Made by a program: the position numbers and the translations under genes. From the NCBI GenBank assembly GCA_947474715.1, contig CANJJT010000002.1:47500-111499 (forward strand): 64,000 bases of DNA, written 5' to 3'. The notes beneath the pieces were generated by a model. The model saw only the letters and a list, made by a program, of their open reading frames with translations, was not told the DNA's origin and did not search any database. This document shows, one piece after another, positions 42,231 through 50,644 of the stretch; within the stretch, counting starts at the first letter, position 1, and every line of letters begins with the position of its first letter. This stretch comes from Betaproteobacteria bacterium. Lineage in GTDB: Bacteria; Pseudomonadota; Gammaproteobacteria; Burkholderiales; SG8-39.

Positions 42231-42318
42231 GGCGTCATCCCCGTGGAAACGGGGATCCAGTGTCTCTCGCCTGAACAAAACTGAAGACACTGGATTCCCG
42301 CTTTCGCGGGAATGACGG
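42231..42318. repeat. Inverted pair of ~33-bp REP-type units
   Basis: GGCGTCATCCCCGTGGAAACGGGGATCCAGTGTC, a 21-nt spacer, then GACACTGGATTCCCGCTTTCGCGGGAATGACGG. Spurious ORFs through it give the VIPAKAGIQ / RGNDG-type peptides common in betaproteobacterial REPs. Confidence 0.75.
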
Positions 42319-42350
42319 TATTGGGAATAGAACTCCCCGGAAACGTTAAA

Positions 42351-42373
42351 AAACCTTTGACAAGGGGGTTAAC
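42351..42373. repeat. Solo (degenerate) copy of the MITE terminal hairpin
   Basis: AAACCTTTGACAAGGGGGTTAAC. Confidence 0.6.
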
Positions 42374-42424
42374 ACTGCGCGGCAGCACGGTGCGAACGCT
42401 TTCACAGCGTACCGCCCCATACCC

Positions 42425-44065
42425 TTACTTGAAATCCCCCGGCAGCCATGGGCTGCCATCGGGTTTCAGTACTGCCCTGGTCACCGAGCGCGTGCCGCCG
42501 AAGGTGGGGACGTACATGGAGTGTTTGCCGGTGCCGCCGGCCACCACGATCATGAAATCCTCCCAGCGTTGCGCCAGCGGTACACCGGTGTCCAGCGGCC
42601 GGTCCTTGAAGCGCTTGGGCAGGTAACGGCGCAGGCGGCGCTCGATCTGCTCGGCCGAAAAATGCGACAGCGGGATGCGCGCGTCCTCGTAGAAGGCACG
42701 CCGCACATCGTCCTTGGAGTAGCCATCCTTGGCGATGGTCCCGGCATGCTCGGGCCCGAGCAGCACCAGTGGTTCGCCAGCATGGTTGACGTTGTTCTGC
42801 CCGGTCTCGGTGATGGTGTGACCGATCATGGTCAGCAGGCCGCCGGCATTGGTGCTGTCGTGGTCGTTGATGTTGTGCGGGGCTTCCGCACCGATCATGG
42901 TCACGGTGCTCACCTCAGGCGCAAAGCCGCGCTCGGCGCGCAGCGACGGCCAGGTGGCCGGCAGCGCCGCCTCGTTCTCGGCAATGCAGTAGGTGTACTT
43001 GCCCGGATGACCCATGGTGGCCTTGTCCATCTCCACCGGCTTGGCGCCACCGATATTGAGCAGGATGAGGCGTATGGCGCGCCCCACCACGCCATTGGAC
43101 CAGGGGCCGGGGCCGAACAGGCCGCTGCCCGAATGAATGCCCAGGGTCTCGGCCAGCGGTCCGCTCACCAGCATCAGCGGCGCCACGCAGTGCGTGGTGC
43201 CCTGGATGCCGTAGAGATTGAACTGTTCCTCGACCATGCCCTGCACCGCGGCGATGATGAGCGGCATGTGCTGCGGCTTGGCACCGGCCATCACCGCATT
43301 GGCAGCGATGCATTCGATGGTGGCCACTCCCATCTTGGGCGCCATCACGGCCACCACATGGCTGCCCGGGTAACCGGAGGCCTGCACCATGGCGCTGACA
43401 CGCGCCTCGGTGGGCGGCGCGGCCAGCATGCCATCGCTCCAGCCGCGCGCCATGAATTCCTGTTGCAGCGCGCCCCATTCGTCGCTGATGTCCAGATCCA
43501 CCCATTCGCTGCGCACCTTGACCTCTTCCACCAGCGGGGCCGGCAGCGGCGAGGTGAGCTTGGCGATGAGTTCCTCGTAGACCGCGTCGATCTTCGCGAT
43601 CACATTGGGCACCGGCAGGCCGCCCAGCGGGTGCGGCATGATCGCCGCCTGCAGGTTGGGCAGGCCGAACACGCGCGACTGGTTGCGCGCCAGCGCCGTG
43701 AAAGGCGTGGTCATCAGCAGCACGGCGGGTACGCCGCGCTTTTCCATCTCTACGGCGTCGTGGACACTCCACGACGTGCAGGAGCCTCAGTCGCCGAAGC
43801 CGGTGATGACGACGTCGCAGTTATCCTGCAGGGATTGCAGCATCGCCGGGGTGGCCGGCATGGAGGCGGCGTTCTTGGAGACGTAGTGGCTCTGCATGCC
43901 CGGGAAGCTCTCGCGCAGGCGACGGTCGAGGTGCTCCATGACGCGGTCAGCCGGGGGCTTGGTGTTGTCGAGAAAACCGATGCGCAGACCCTGCAGCGAC
44001 TTCGGCCGTGCCACCGCAGTAACTTTCGAGGGCTGTAACTGCGCCTCGGGTGAACAGATTCTCAC
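42425..44065 (-). CDS. Putative selenoprotein: UGSC-motif domain fused to a ~350-aa domain of unknown function (in-frame UGA at 43787-43789 read as Sec)
   Basis: GTG start at 44065 with AAGGAG 5 nt upstream. ...DVVITGFGD-TGA-GSCTSWSVHDAVEMEKRGVPAVLLMTTPF... is continuous in one frame, 546 aa in total. A SECIS-like hairpin lies 10 nt 3' of the TGA. The ORF track splits it into 43787..44065 and 42425..43747. Confidence 0.7.
43756..43776 (-). promoter_or_regulatory. SECIS-like stem-loop
   Basis: The mRNA reads UGA-GGCUCCUGCA-CGUCGUGG-AGUGU-CCACGACG: a perfect 8-bp stem and a 5-nt loop containing GU, starting 10 nt after the UGA. Confidence 0.6.
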
Positions 44066-44205
44066 ATTGACTCCTTTTTGCTCGATGGTTTGATGTCCGG
44101 GGTCAGCAGGGCCGTGCGGGACGGACCTGCCGCTATGGCAGCGAACGCAGATTTGCGTTCACGCTGCGAAGACCCGCCCTGCAGGCGCGGGCCGGCGGTG
44201 TGGCC

Positions 44206-45423
44206 TCAGGCCACCTTCCGCACCGCCGGCCGGTCGGCACGGCCGGTGAGTTCCGGGTCGACATGGCGTAGCAGCACGCTGGAATCGATTTCATCCACGG
44301 TGTTGCAGCCGATCTGGCCCATGGTGCGCGTGATTTCCTCCCGGTACAGCTGCAGCGCGCGAGAGGCGCCCGCGTAACCGGCTGCGGCCGTGCCAAACAA
44401 CGTGCCCCGTCCGACCAGCACCAGGTCCGCGCCCATGGCCAGGGCCTTGACGATGTCGGTGCCGCGGCGAAAGCCGCTGTCCACGATCACCGTGGTCTTG
44501 TGGCCCACCGCCTTGATGATGGAGGGCAGCACCTCGATGGGCGTGGGCGCCGAATCGAAATTGCGCCCGCCGTGGTTGGACACGATGACGCCGTCGGCGC
44601 CCTGCTCCAGGGACATCTCGGCATCGTCCGGATGCAGGATGCCCTTCACCAGCAGCTTGCCCGGCCACATGTCGCGCAGGGCCTTCAGGTCTTCCCAGTT
44701 GAGCGTGTCATTGCGCGTCTCGCCGCCATTGCCGTATTCGGAGGTAATGCGGCCGCGCAGTTCGGCCGGAAAATTCTCCCGCTGCGGCATGCCACCGTTG
44801 GCGATGTAGCGGCCCAGGCAGCCCAGCATCCAGCGTGGGTGGGTGAGCACATCCAGGGTGTTCTTGCGGTTGTAGCTGAAGGGCACGGAAAAGCCGTTGC
44901 GCCGGTTGTACTCGCGGTTGCCCGCCACCGTGCCGTCCACCGTCACCAGCAGCGCCTCGAAGCCGGCGGCGGCGGCGCGCTTGACCAGCTGGTGGGAGAG
45001 CGAGCGGTCCTTCCACATGTACAACTGCATCCACAGCGTGCCGCCCACCTCGTCACGGATCTGCTCCATGCTGGTGATGGAGCCAGTGGCCAGGGAGAAC
45101 GGAATGCCGGCATCGCGCGCGGCCTTGGCCAGCTCGAGCTCGCCCTTGTACCACATCATCCCGGCCACGCCGGTGGGGGCGATGGCGATGGGCATGTTGA
45201 TCGGCTTGCCGAAGATGGTGGTCTTGGGGCTGCGCTTGGACACATCGCGCAGCATGCGCGGCACCAGGCGGATGTTGTCGAACACCTCGCGGTTGTGGCG
45301 CAGGATCACTTCGTCTTCAGTGCCGCGGTCGACGAATTCGAACAGCCACTTGGGCAGGCGCTGCTTGGCCATGTCACGCAGGTCAAATATGTTCTGTGCA
45401 TCTGCCGGATCAGGAAAAAACAT
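44206..45423 (-). CDS. FMN-dependent alpha-hydroxy-acid dehydrogenase (L-lactate / mandelate dehydrogenase-like)
   Basis: Start MFFPDPADAQNIFDLRDMAKQRLPKWLFEFVDRG (GGAGG 5 nt upstream). VIVSNHGGRNFD and DSGFRRGTDIVKALAMGA motifs. The upstream 262 codons of the 667-aa ORF were rejected. Confidence 0.88.
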   Translation of the reverse strand: MFFPDPADAQNIFDLRDMAKQRLPKWLFEFVDRGTEDEVILRHNREVFDNIRLVPRMLRDVSKRSPKTTIFGKPINMPIAIAPTGVAGMMWYKGELELAKAARDAGIPFSLATGSITSMEQIRDEVGGTLWMQLYMWKDRSLSHQLVKRAAAAGFEALLVTVDGTVAGNREYNRRNGFSVPFSYNRKNTLDVLTHPRWMLGCLGRYIANGGMPQRENFPAELRGRITSEYGNGGETRNDTLNWEDLKALRDMWPGKLLVKGILHPDDAEMSLEQGADGVIVSNHGGRNFDSAPTPIEVLPSIIKAVGHKTTVIVDSGFRRGTDIVKALAMGADLVLVGRGTLFGTAAAGYAGASRALQLYREEITRTMGQIGCNTVDEIDSSVLLRHVDPELTGRADRPAVRKVA

Positions 45424-45751
45424 GGCCCCTCCTAGGTCATTGATAGTCGGTGAGACGCCGGGCGGGTGGTTCTGCTGCCACCGCGGGCCGCAGGCGTCCT
45501 TCTGGTCCTTCGAGTCCTTCGTCCTGGGCCGCTTTCCCCGTTGCCGCCACATCACCGTCACAGGGTCGCCGCCGCAGGGCGTAATTGTGCGCCTATTTTC
45601 AGACAGGCCGAAATGGCGGGCGCCCCTCTGGCCGGCACGCCGTCCACAACGCCGGGAAGACCTGCCCTTGTCCTGTCTTTGTCGTGCCCTTTGAGCAGGA
45701 TCAATACCCCGGGCCCGCGGCGGGTTAGGGTCATCGGGAAGGAAGAACACC

Positions 45752-48031
45752 ATGACCGCCACTGACCAGACACCCGCAGCAACGCCTGCGCTCACCACAC
45801 CAGCGCCTGCACCAGCCCCCGGCCCGGCCTCTGCCGGACCAGGCAAACTGACCAATGACCTGTGGGGCGGCCTGGCGGCCATGCTGGTCGCCCTGCCCTC
45901 GGCCATCGCCTTCGGGGTGGCGACTTTCGCCGCCCTGGGCGAAGGCTTCGCCGCCCAGGGCGCGCTGGCCGGGATGCTGGGTGCCACGGCCCTGGGCCTG
46001 GTGGCCTCGGCCTGGGGCGGGGCACCGCGCCTGATCAGCGCACCGTGCGCACCGGCCGCGGCAGTGCTCTCGGCACTGGCACTGGAACTGTCGCAGCGCG
46101 GCGCGGAAGCCCCGGAGATCATGCTCATGCTGCTGGTGACCGCGGCGCTGGCCGGCGGCCTGCAGATCCTGTTCGGCACCGTGGGCCTGGGCCGGCTGAT
46201 CAAGTACATGCCCTACCCCGTGGTGAGCGGCTATCTGAGCGGCGTGGGCCTCACCATCATCCTCAGCCAGATTCCCAAGCTGCTGGGCGCCCCCACCGGG
46301 GCCAGTTGGCAGGAAGCGCTGGCGCTGCCTTCGGTGTGGACCTGGCAGGCGGCCGCGGTGGGCGCCATCACCATCGCCGTGATGATGCTGGCCCCGCGCC
46401 TGACCAAGGCAGTCCCTGCCGCGATCCTGGCGCTGGTGGCCGGCGTGCTGGCCTACTTCTCGTTCTCGCTGCTCGACCCGGCGCTGCTGCAGTTGCGCAA
46501 CAACCCGCTGGTGATCGGCCCGATGGGCGGCGAGGGTCCGGGCTTCATGGATACGCTGACCATGCGCTGGAAGGCGGCGGAGACCCTGGGCTGGTCGCAG
46601 CTGGCCCAACTGGCCGTGCCGGCGATGACGCTGGCAGTGCTGCTCTCCATCGACTCGCTGAAGACCTGCGTCGTGCTGGATGCCATGACCCGCTCGCGCC
46701 ATGACTCCAACCGCACCCTCATCGGCCAGGGCCTGGGCAATCTCGCCTCCGCAGCAACCGGCGGCGTGCCGGGTGCGGGCACCATGGGCGCCACGCTGGT
46801 CAATATCGCCAGCGGCGGACGCACCCGCTGGTCCGGCCTCATCGAAGGGGCGCTGGCGCTGCTGGCCTTCCTGCTGCTCGCTCCGGTGCTCGCCTGGGTG
46901 CCCATCGGTGCGCTGGCCGGCATCCTGATCGTCATCGGCATGCGCATGCTCGACCGCGACAGCCTGCATTTCCTGAGGTCACGCCAGACCATGCTGGACT
47001 TCGCCGTGATCGCAGCCGTGGTCATCGTCGCGCTGACGGTCGGCCTGATCGCCGCCTCCGGCACGGGCATCCTGCTGGCCATCGCCCTGTTCGTGCGTGA
47101 GCAGGTCGGCGGCGCGGTGGTGGCGCACAAGGGCTATGGCAACCGCATGTTCTCCAAGCGCGTGCACACCACCGAGGAAATGGAAATCCTGGAGAAGCAG
47201 GGCGAACAGACTGTGGTCTTCGAACTGCAGGGCAGCCTGTTCTTCGGCACCACTGACCAGCTCTACACAGCGCTCGAGCCGGAACTGGCAACGCACCGCC
47301 ACCTGATACTCGACTTCCGGCGCGTGCAGTCGGTGGATGTCACCGCCGTGCACCTGCTGCAGCAGATCGAGGACCGTCTGGCCGAGCGCGGCGCGCAACT
47401 GCTGTTCAGCAACGTGCCCAAGCGCGTGCCCAGCGGACGCGACCTGCACCAGTATTTCCAGGAGGTCGGCCTGGCGAAGTCCACGGGCGTGGAAAGCCAT
47501 GCGCACGTCTTCGATGAACTGGATGACGCACTGGAGTGGGTGGAAGAGCGGCTGATCGAGGAGGCGCATGTGGCGCAGGCCCGGGAAAAGCCGCTGGAAC
47601 TGCGCGAGATCGACCTGTTCGCACGGCGCAAGCAGGACACGCTGGCGGCGCTGGAAGCCTGCATGGAAGCCCGCGCCTGCAAGGCGGGCGAGCGCATCTT
47701 CGCGCGCGGCGATACCGGCGACGAGATCTACCTGATCCGGCGCGGCGCGGTGCGCATCATGCTGCCATTGGCGGACGGCCGCAGCCACCACCTGGCCACC
47801 TTCGGCCGCGGCTCCTTCTTCGGCGAGATGGCCTTCCTCGACCAGCAACCGCGCTCGGCCGAAGCAGTCGCCTTCACCGACTGCGATCTGTATGTGCTGT
47901 CACGGCAGCGTTTCGACGCACTCGTGGAGTCCCACAAACGCCTGGGCCTGGGCATGATGGAAGGTCTGGCACGGGTGCTCTCGGCGAGGCTGCGACATGC
48001 CGATGCCGAGCTGAATGCACTGGAGGGGTAG
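45752..48031 (+). CDS. SulP-family anion transporter with STAS domain and C-terminal cyclic-nucleotide-binding domain
   Basis: Polytopic SulP core (..LIKYMPYPVVSGYLSGVGLTII..), STAS (VVFELQGSLFFGTTDQL..LILDFRRVQSVDVTAV), cNMP-binding (IFARGDTGDEIYLIRRGAV..FFGEMAFLDQQPRSAEAVA). Confidence 0.88.
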   Translation: MTATDQTPAATPALTTPAPAPAPGPASAGPGKLTNDLWGGLAAMLVALPSAIAFGVATFAALGEGFAAQGALAGMLGATALGLVASAWGGAPRLISAPCAPAAAVLSALALELSQRGAEAPEIMLMLLVTAALAGGLQILFGTVGLGRLIKYMPYPVVSGYLSGVGLTIILSQIPKLLGAPTGASWQEALALPSVWTWQAAAVGAITIAVMMLAPRLTKAVPAAILALVAGVLAYFSFSLLDPALLQLRNNPLVIGPMGGEGPGFMDTLTMRWKAAETLGWSQLAQLAVPAMTLAVLLSIDSLKTCVVLDAMTRSRHDSNRTLIGQGLGNLASAATGGVPGAGTMGATLVNIASGGRTRWSGLIEGALALLAFLLLAPVLAWVPIGALAGILIVIGMRMLDRDSLHFLRSRQTMLDFAVIAAVVIVALTVGLIAASGTGILLAIALFVREQVGGAVVAHKGYGNRMFSKRVHTTEEMEILEKQGEQTVVFELQGSLFFGTTDQLYTALEPELATHRHLILDFRRVQSVDVTAVHLLQQIEDRLAERGAQLLFSNVPKRVPSGRDLHQYFQEVGLAKSTGVESHAHVFDELDDALEWVEERLIEEAHVAQAREKPLELREIDLFARRKQDTLAALEACMEARACKAGERIFARGDTGDEIYLIRRGAVRIMLPLADGRSHHLATFGRGSFFGEMAFLDQQPRSAEAVAFTDCDLYVLSRQRFDALVESHKRLGLGMMEGLARVLSARLRHADAELNALEG

Positions 48032-48050
48032 CGGCCGAGGCTCCAACGTG

Positions 48051-48082
48051 GTTTAGCCCCTTGTCAAAGGGGGTTTACACCG
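48051..48082. repeat. Solo copy of the MITE terminal hairpin
   Basis: GTTTAGCCCCTTGTCAAAGGGGGTTTACACCG between the convergent SulP and PPK2 genes. Confidence 0.7.
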
Positions 48083-48097
48083 CCGGGGATCACGCCA

Positions 48098-49585
48098 CTA
48101 CAGCAATGCCTCTATCCGGTCGCACAGCGACTTGATGATCTTCAATCGGGCCACGTACTTGTCGTTGGAGGGCACCAGGACCCAGGGTGCCAGCGAAGTG
48201 CTGGTTCGCTCGATCATCTCGGCCGCCGCCACCTGGTACTGCGCCCACTTCTTGCGGTTGCGCCAGTCCTCCTCGGTTATCTTGAACTGCTTGTGGCGGG
48301 TCTTCTCGCGCTCCTTGAAGCGGCGGTACTGCTCTTCCTTGGAAATCTGCAGCCAGAACTTCATGACGATGCCGCCGTTGCGTGCGAGCTGCTCCTCGAA
48401 GTCGTTGATCTCGGCATAGGCGCGCATCCAGTCCGCCTCGGCGGCGAACTTCTCCACCCGCTCCACCAGCACGCGACCGTACCAGCTGCGGTCATAAATG
48501 GTGTAGCGGCCCTTCATCGGCACATGGCGCCAAAAGCGCCACAGGTAGGGCTGCGCCTTCTCCTCGTCGGTGGGTGCGGCGATCGGGATGATCCGGTAAA
48601 GCCTGGCATCCAGCGCGCTGGCAATCCGGCGCACCGCACCGCCCTTGCCGGCGGCATCCATGCCCTCGAACACCGCCACGACATTGCGCTCGCGGAACTT
48701 CGGGTGGCGCGTGAGCAGGGCCAGGCGGCGCTGCTCCTTGCGCAGCTCGGATTCATAGCGCTTCTTGGGGATGGTCTGGCTGAGGTCGAGCTGATTGAGC
48801 AGGTCGCGATTGTCGGCCGGCAGTGCCAGCCTGGTGACCTTCTGCGGCGGCAACGATATGGATTTTGTCGACGTGGCGACAAGCCGCGCCTTCATAGCCT
48901 CCAGCAAGGTGCGCGCCACCGTCACCACGCGATACTCCGGATCGGAGCCTTCCACCACGCTCCAGGGGGCCCAGGCCATGCTGGTCTCGCGCAGAGTGTC
49001 CTCGCTGATGCGGTAGAAGCGGTCGTAATACTTGAAGAAGTCCCAATCGCGTTCGGTGACGCGCCAGCGAGTCTCGGGGTCCGCCTCCAGCGACTTGAGG
49101 CGCTCGCGCTGGCGTTTCTTCGACAGGTGGAACCAGAACTTCAGGATCAGCGCGCCGTCATCGGCCAGCATGCGCTCGAAGCGGTTGATGTCCTCGATGG
49201 AGCGCACCATGTCGTTGGCGCGGGCCTGCTTGAACACCCGGTTGACGATGGGCTGGGTATACCAGGAGCCGAATAGCATGCCGATCTTGCCCTTGGGCGG
49301 CAGCGCACGCCAGAAGCGCCACATCGGCGGGCGGGTGCGCTCTTCGTCGGTGGGCGTGTCAAAGGCGTGGGTGTGGATGTGGCGCGGATCCATCCATTCG
49401 TTGAGCAGGTTGACGGTCTCGCCCTTGCCCGCCCCACGCACCCCGGAGAACAGGACGATGACGGGGAATTTGCCGTTCTTCGACAATTCGTACTGGGCGT
49501 CCAGCAGGTCGCCGCGCAGCTGCGGCTCCATGCACTTGAACTCGCCCTTGGAAAGCTTGTGCCCTATCTCGGCGGCTTCGAACAT
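48098..49585 (-). CDS. Two-domain polyphosphate kinase 2 (polyphosphate:AMP phosphotransferase type)
   Basis: Two PPK2 repeats with P-loops GVRGAGKGETVNLLNEWMDPR and GMDAAGKGGAVRRIASALDAR; 495 aa. Confidence 0.88.
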   Translation of the reverse strand: MFEAAEIGHKLSKGEFKCMEPQLRGDLLDAQYELSKNGKFPVIVLFSGVRGAGKGETVNLLNEWMDPRHIHTHAFDTPTDEERTRPPMWRFWRALPPKGKIGMLFGSWYTQPIVNRVFKQARANDMVRSIEDINRFERMLADDGALILKFWFHLSKKRQRERLKSLEADPETRWRVTERDWDFFKYYDRFYRISEDTLRETSMAWAPWSVVEGSDPEYRVVTVARTLLEAMKARLVATSTKSISLPPQKVTRLALPADNRDLLNQLDLSQTIPKKRYESELRKEQRRLALLTRHPKFRERNVVAVFEGMDAAGKGGAVRRIASALDARLYRIIPIAAPTDEEKAQPYLWRFWRHVPMKGRYTIYDRSWYGRVLVERVEKFAAEADWMRAYAEINDFEEQLARNGGIVMKFWLQISKEEQYRRFKEREKTRHKQFKITEEDWRNRKKWAQYQVAAAEMIERTSTSLAPWVLVPSNDKYVARLKIIKSLCDRIEALL

Positions 49586-49665
49586 GTCATTCCTCCCGCG
49601 GCCAGTTGCCGCATTTCTTGATCCCGTTTCGCGCCTGTTGCTGCCTGAAGCGGCCGGCCCCGGCG

Positions 49666-50127
49666 CTAGCCAGCATGCCCGATGTTGCGCGCCATGAGCA
49701 CGGCCAGCAGGGGCAGCACGGCAACCAGGCTCAGTTCAGCCGTCAGGAACAGCCTGACCACCTTCAATTCATTGGCCGGAACCGTGAACGCCCCATCCAT
49801 GTTCACATGATGGCGCCAGCGTGAATAGTACCGAGTCGGCATCAGGGACAGGCCAGCGACGATGCCAAACACCAGCAGCTTCAGCCAGAACATGGAATTG
49901 CCGGCGTAGAAGACCAGGCCCTTGCTCGAGGCGAAAAAACGCGCGAAGCCGGAGAGCACCACCACGCCCAGGGCAAGAAAATAGAAAGTGTCCAGCCTGC
50001 CAAGGCGTTCGATGGCGTCGCGATTGCCGATCTGGCCGATCTGGCCGAGCAATGCGTATTCGGATGCCACGCAGGCGGCGACCACCAGAATGGCCAGATA
50101 GTGCAGGTATGCAACCAGTACGTCCAT
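49666..50127 (-). CDS. Small polytopic membrane protein (DUF2214-like)
   Basis: 153 aa with 4 predicted TM helices. MDVLVAYLHYLAILVV..FYFLALGVVVLSGF..WLKLLVFGIVAGLS..RWRH resembles DUF2214 as I recall it. Confidence 0.6.
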   Translation of the reverse strand: MDVLVAYLHYLAILVVAACVASEYALLGQIGQIGNRDAIERLGRLDTFYFLALGVVVLSGFARFFASSKGLVFYAGNSMFWLKLLVFGIVAGLSLMPTRYYSRWRHHVNMDGAFTVPANELKVVRLFLTAELSLVAVLPLLAVLMARNIGHAG

Positions 50128-50387
50128 GAAAGTCCCTTCCCGAACCAGCGACTCGCCTCACAATCCGGCAGATCCACCCCTTCAATGAGTAAAGCTTAGT
50201 CCTGCACCGCCCCGGGCCCTTGATCCGCATCAAATGCCCCCGGCGCGGCGCCTGGGCAAGAATCGCGCGTCAGCCGCTGCACCCACCCCAACAGAAAAGC
50301 CCCTACGTCGGCATGCGCGGGCCACCGACAGCAATTTCCATCAGGAAATCTAGCGTGAAAGGGTCTCCACTCCTGAAGGAACCCGAC

Positions 50388-50550
50388 ATGATCTCCTGGG
50401 CGTCACTTTTCTGGTCATTGCACTCGTCGCTGCGGTCCTTGGCTTCAGTGGCATTGCCGGCACCGCTGTGAACATCGCCTGGCTACTGGCCGTGGTCGGC
50501 ATCGTGCTGCCATCGCGTTTGCCATCATGGGACGGCGGCGGCCTATCTGA
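50388..50550 (+). pseudogene. UPF0391/DUF1328-type small membrane protein gene carrying two 1-nt frameshifts as sequenced
   Basis: Frame 0 gives MISWA. Frame -1 gives [36 protein letters not shown]. Frame -2 gives [13 protein letters not shown]. Joined, they reproduce the family pattern MxxWAxxFLVIALxAAxLGFxGIAG....GRRR. Confidence 0.55.
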
Positions 50551-50644
50551 ACGAAGAAGAGGGAACGAAAAAGACCGCGCGATGAAATCGCAACCAGCTG
50601 CCGGGCCGGCGCATGGCCGCCCGATTCCACCCAGGGCTGCCGGT

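Noticed and set aside
45424-46209. N-terminal 262 codons of the 667-aa ORF containing the FMN dehydrogenase
   Set aside because: Low-complexity Ala/Arg/Pro sequence that overlaps the divergent SulP gene. The family N-terminus starts at MFFPDPADAQNIF, which has a good SD.
50026-50048. 9-bp in-frame tandem duplication GCCGATCTG x2.5 (GQIGQIG) in the DUF2214-like gene
   Set aside because: Too short to mean more than a slippage duplication, and there is no evidence of variability.
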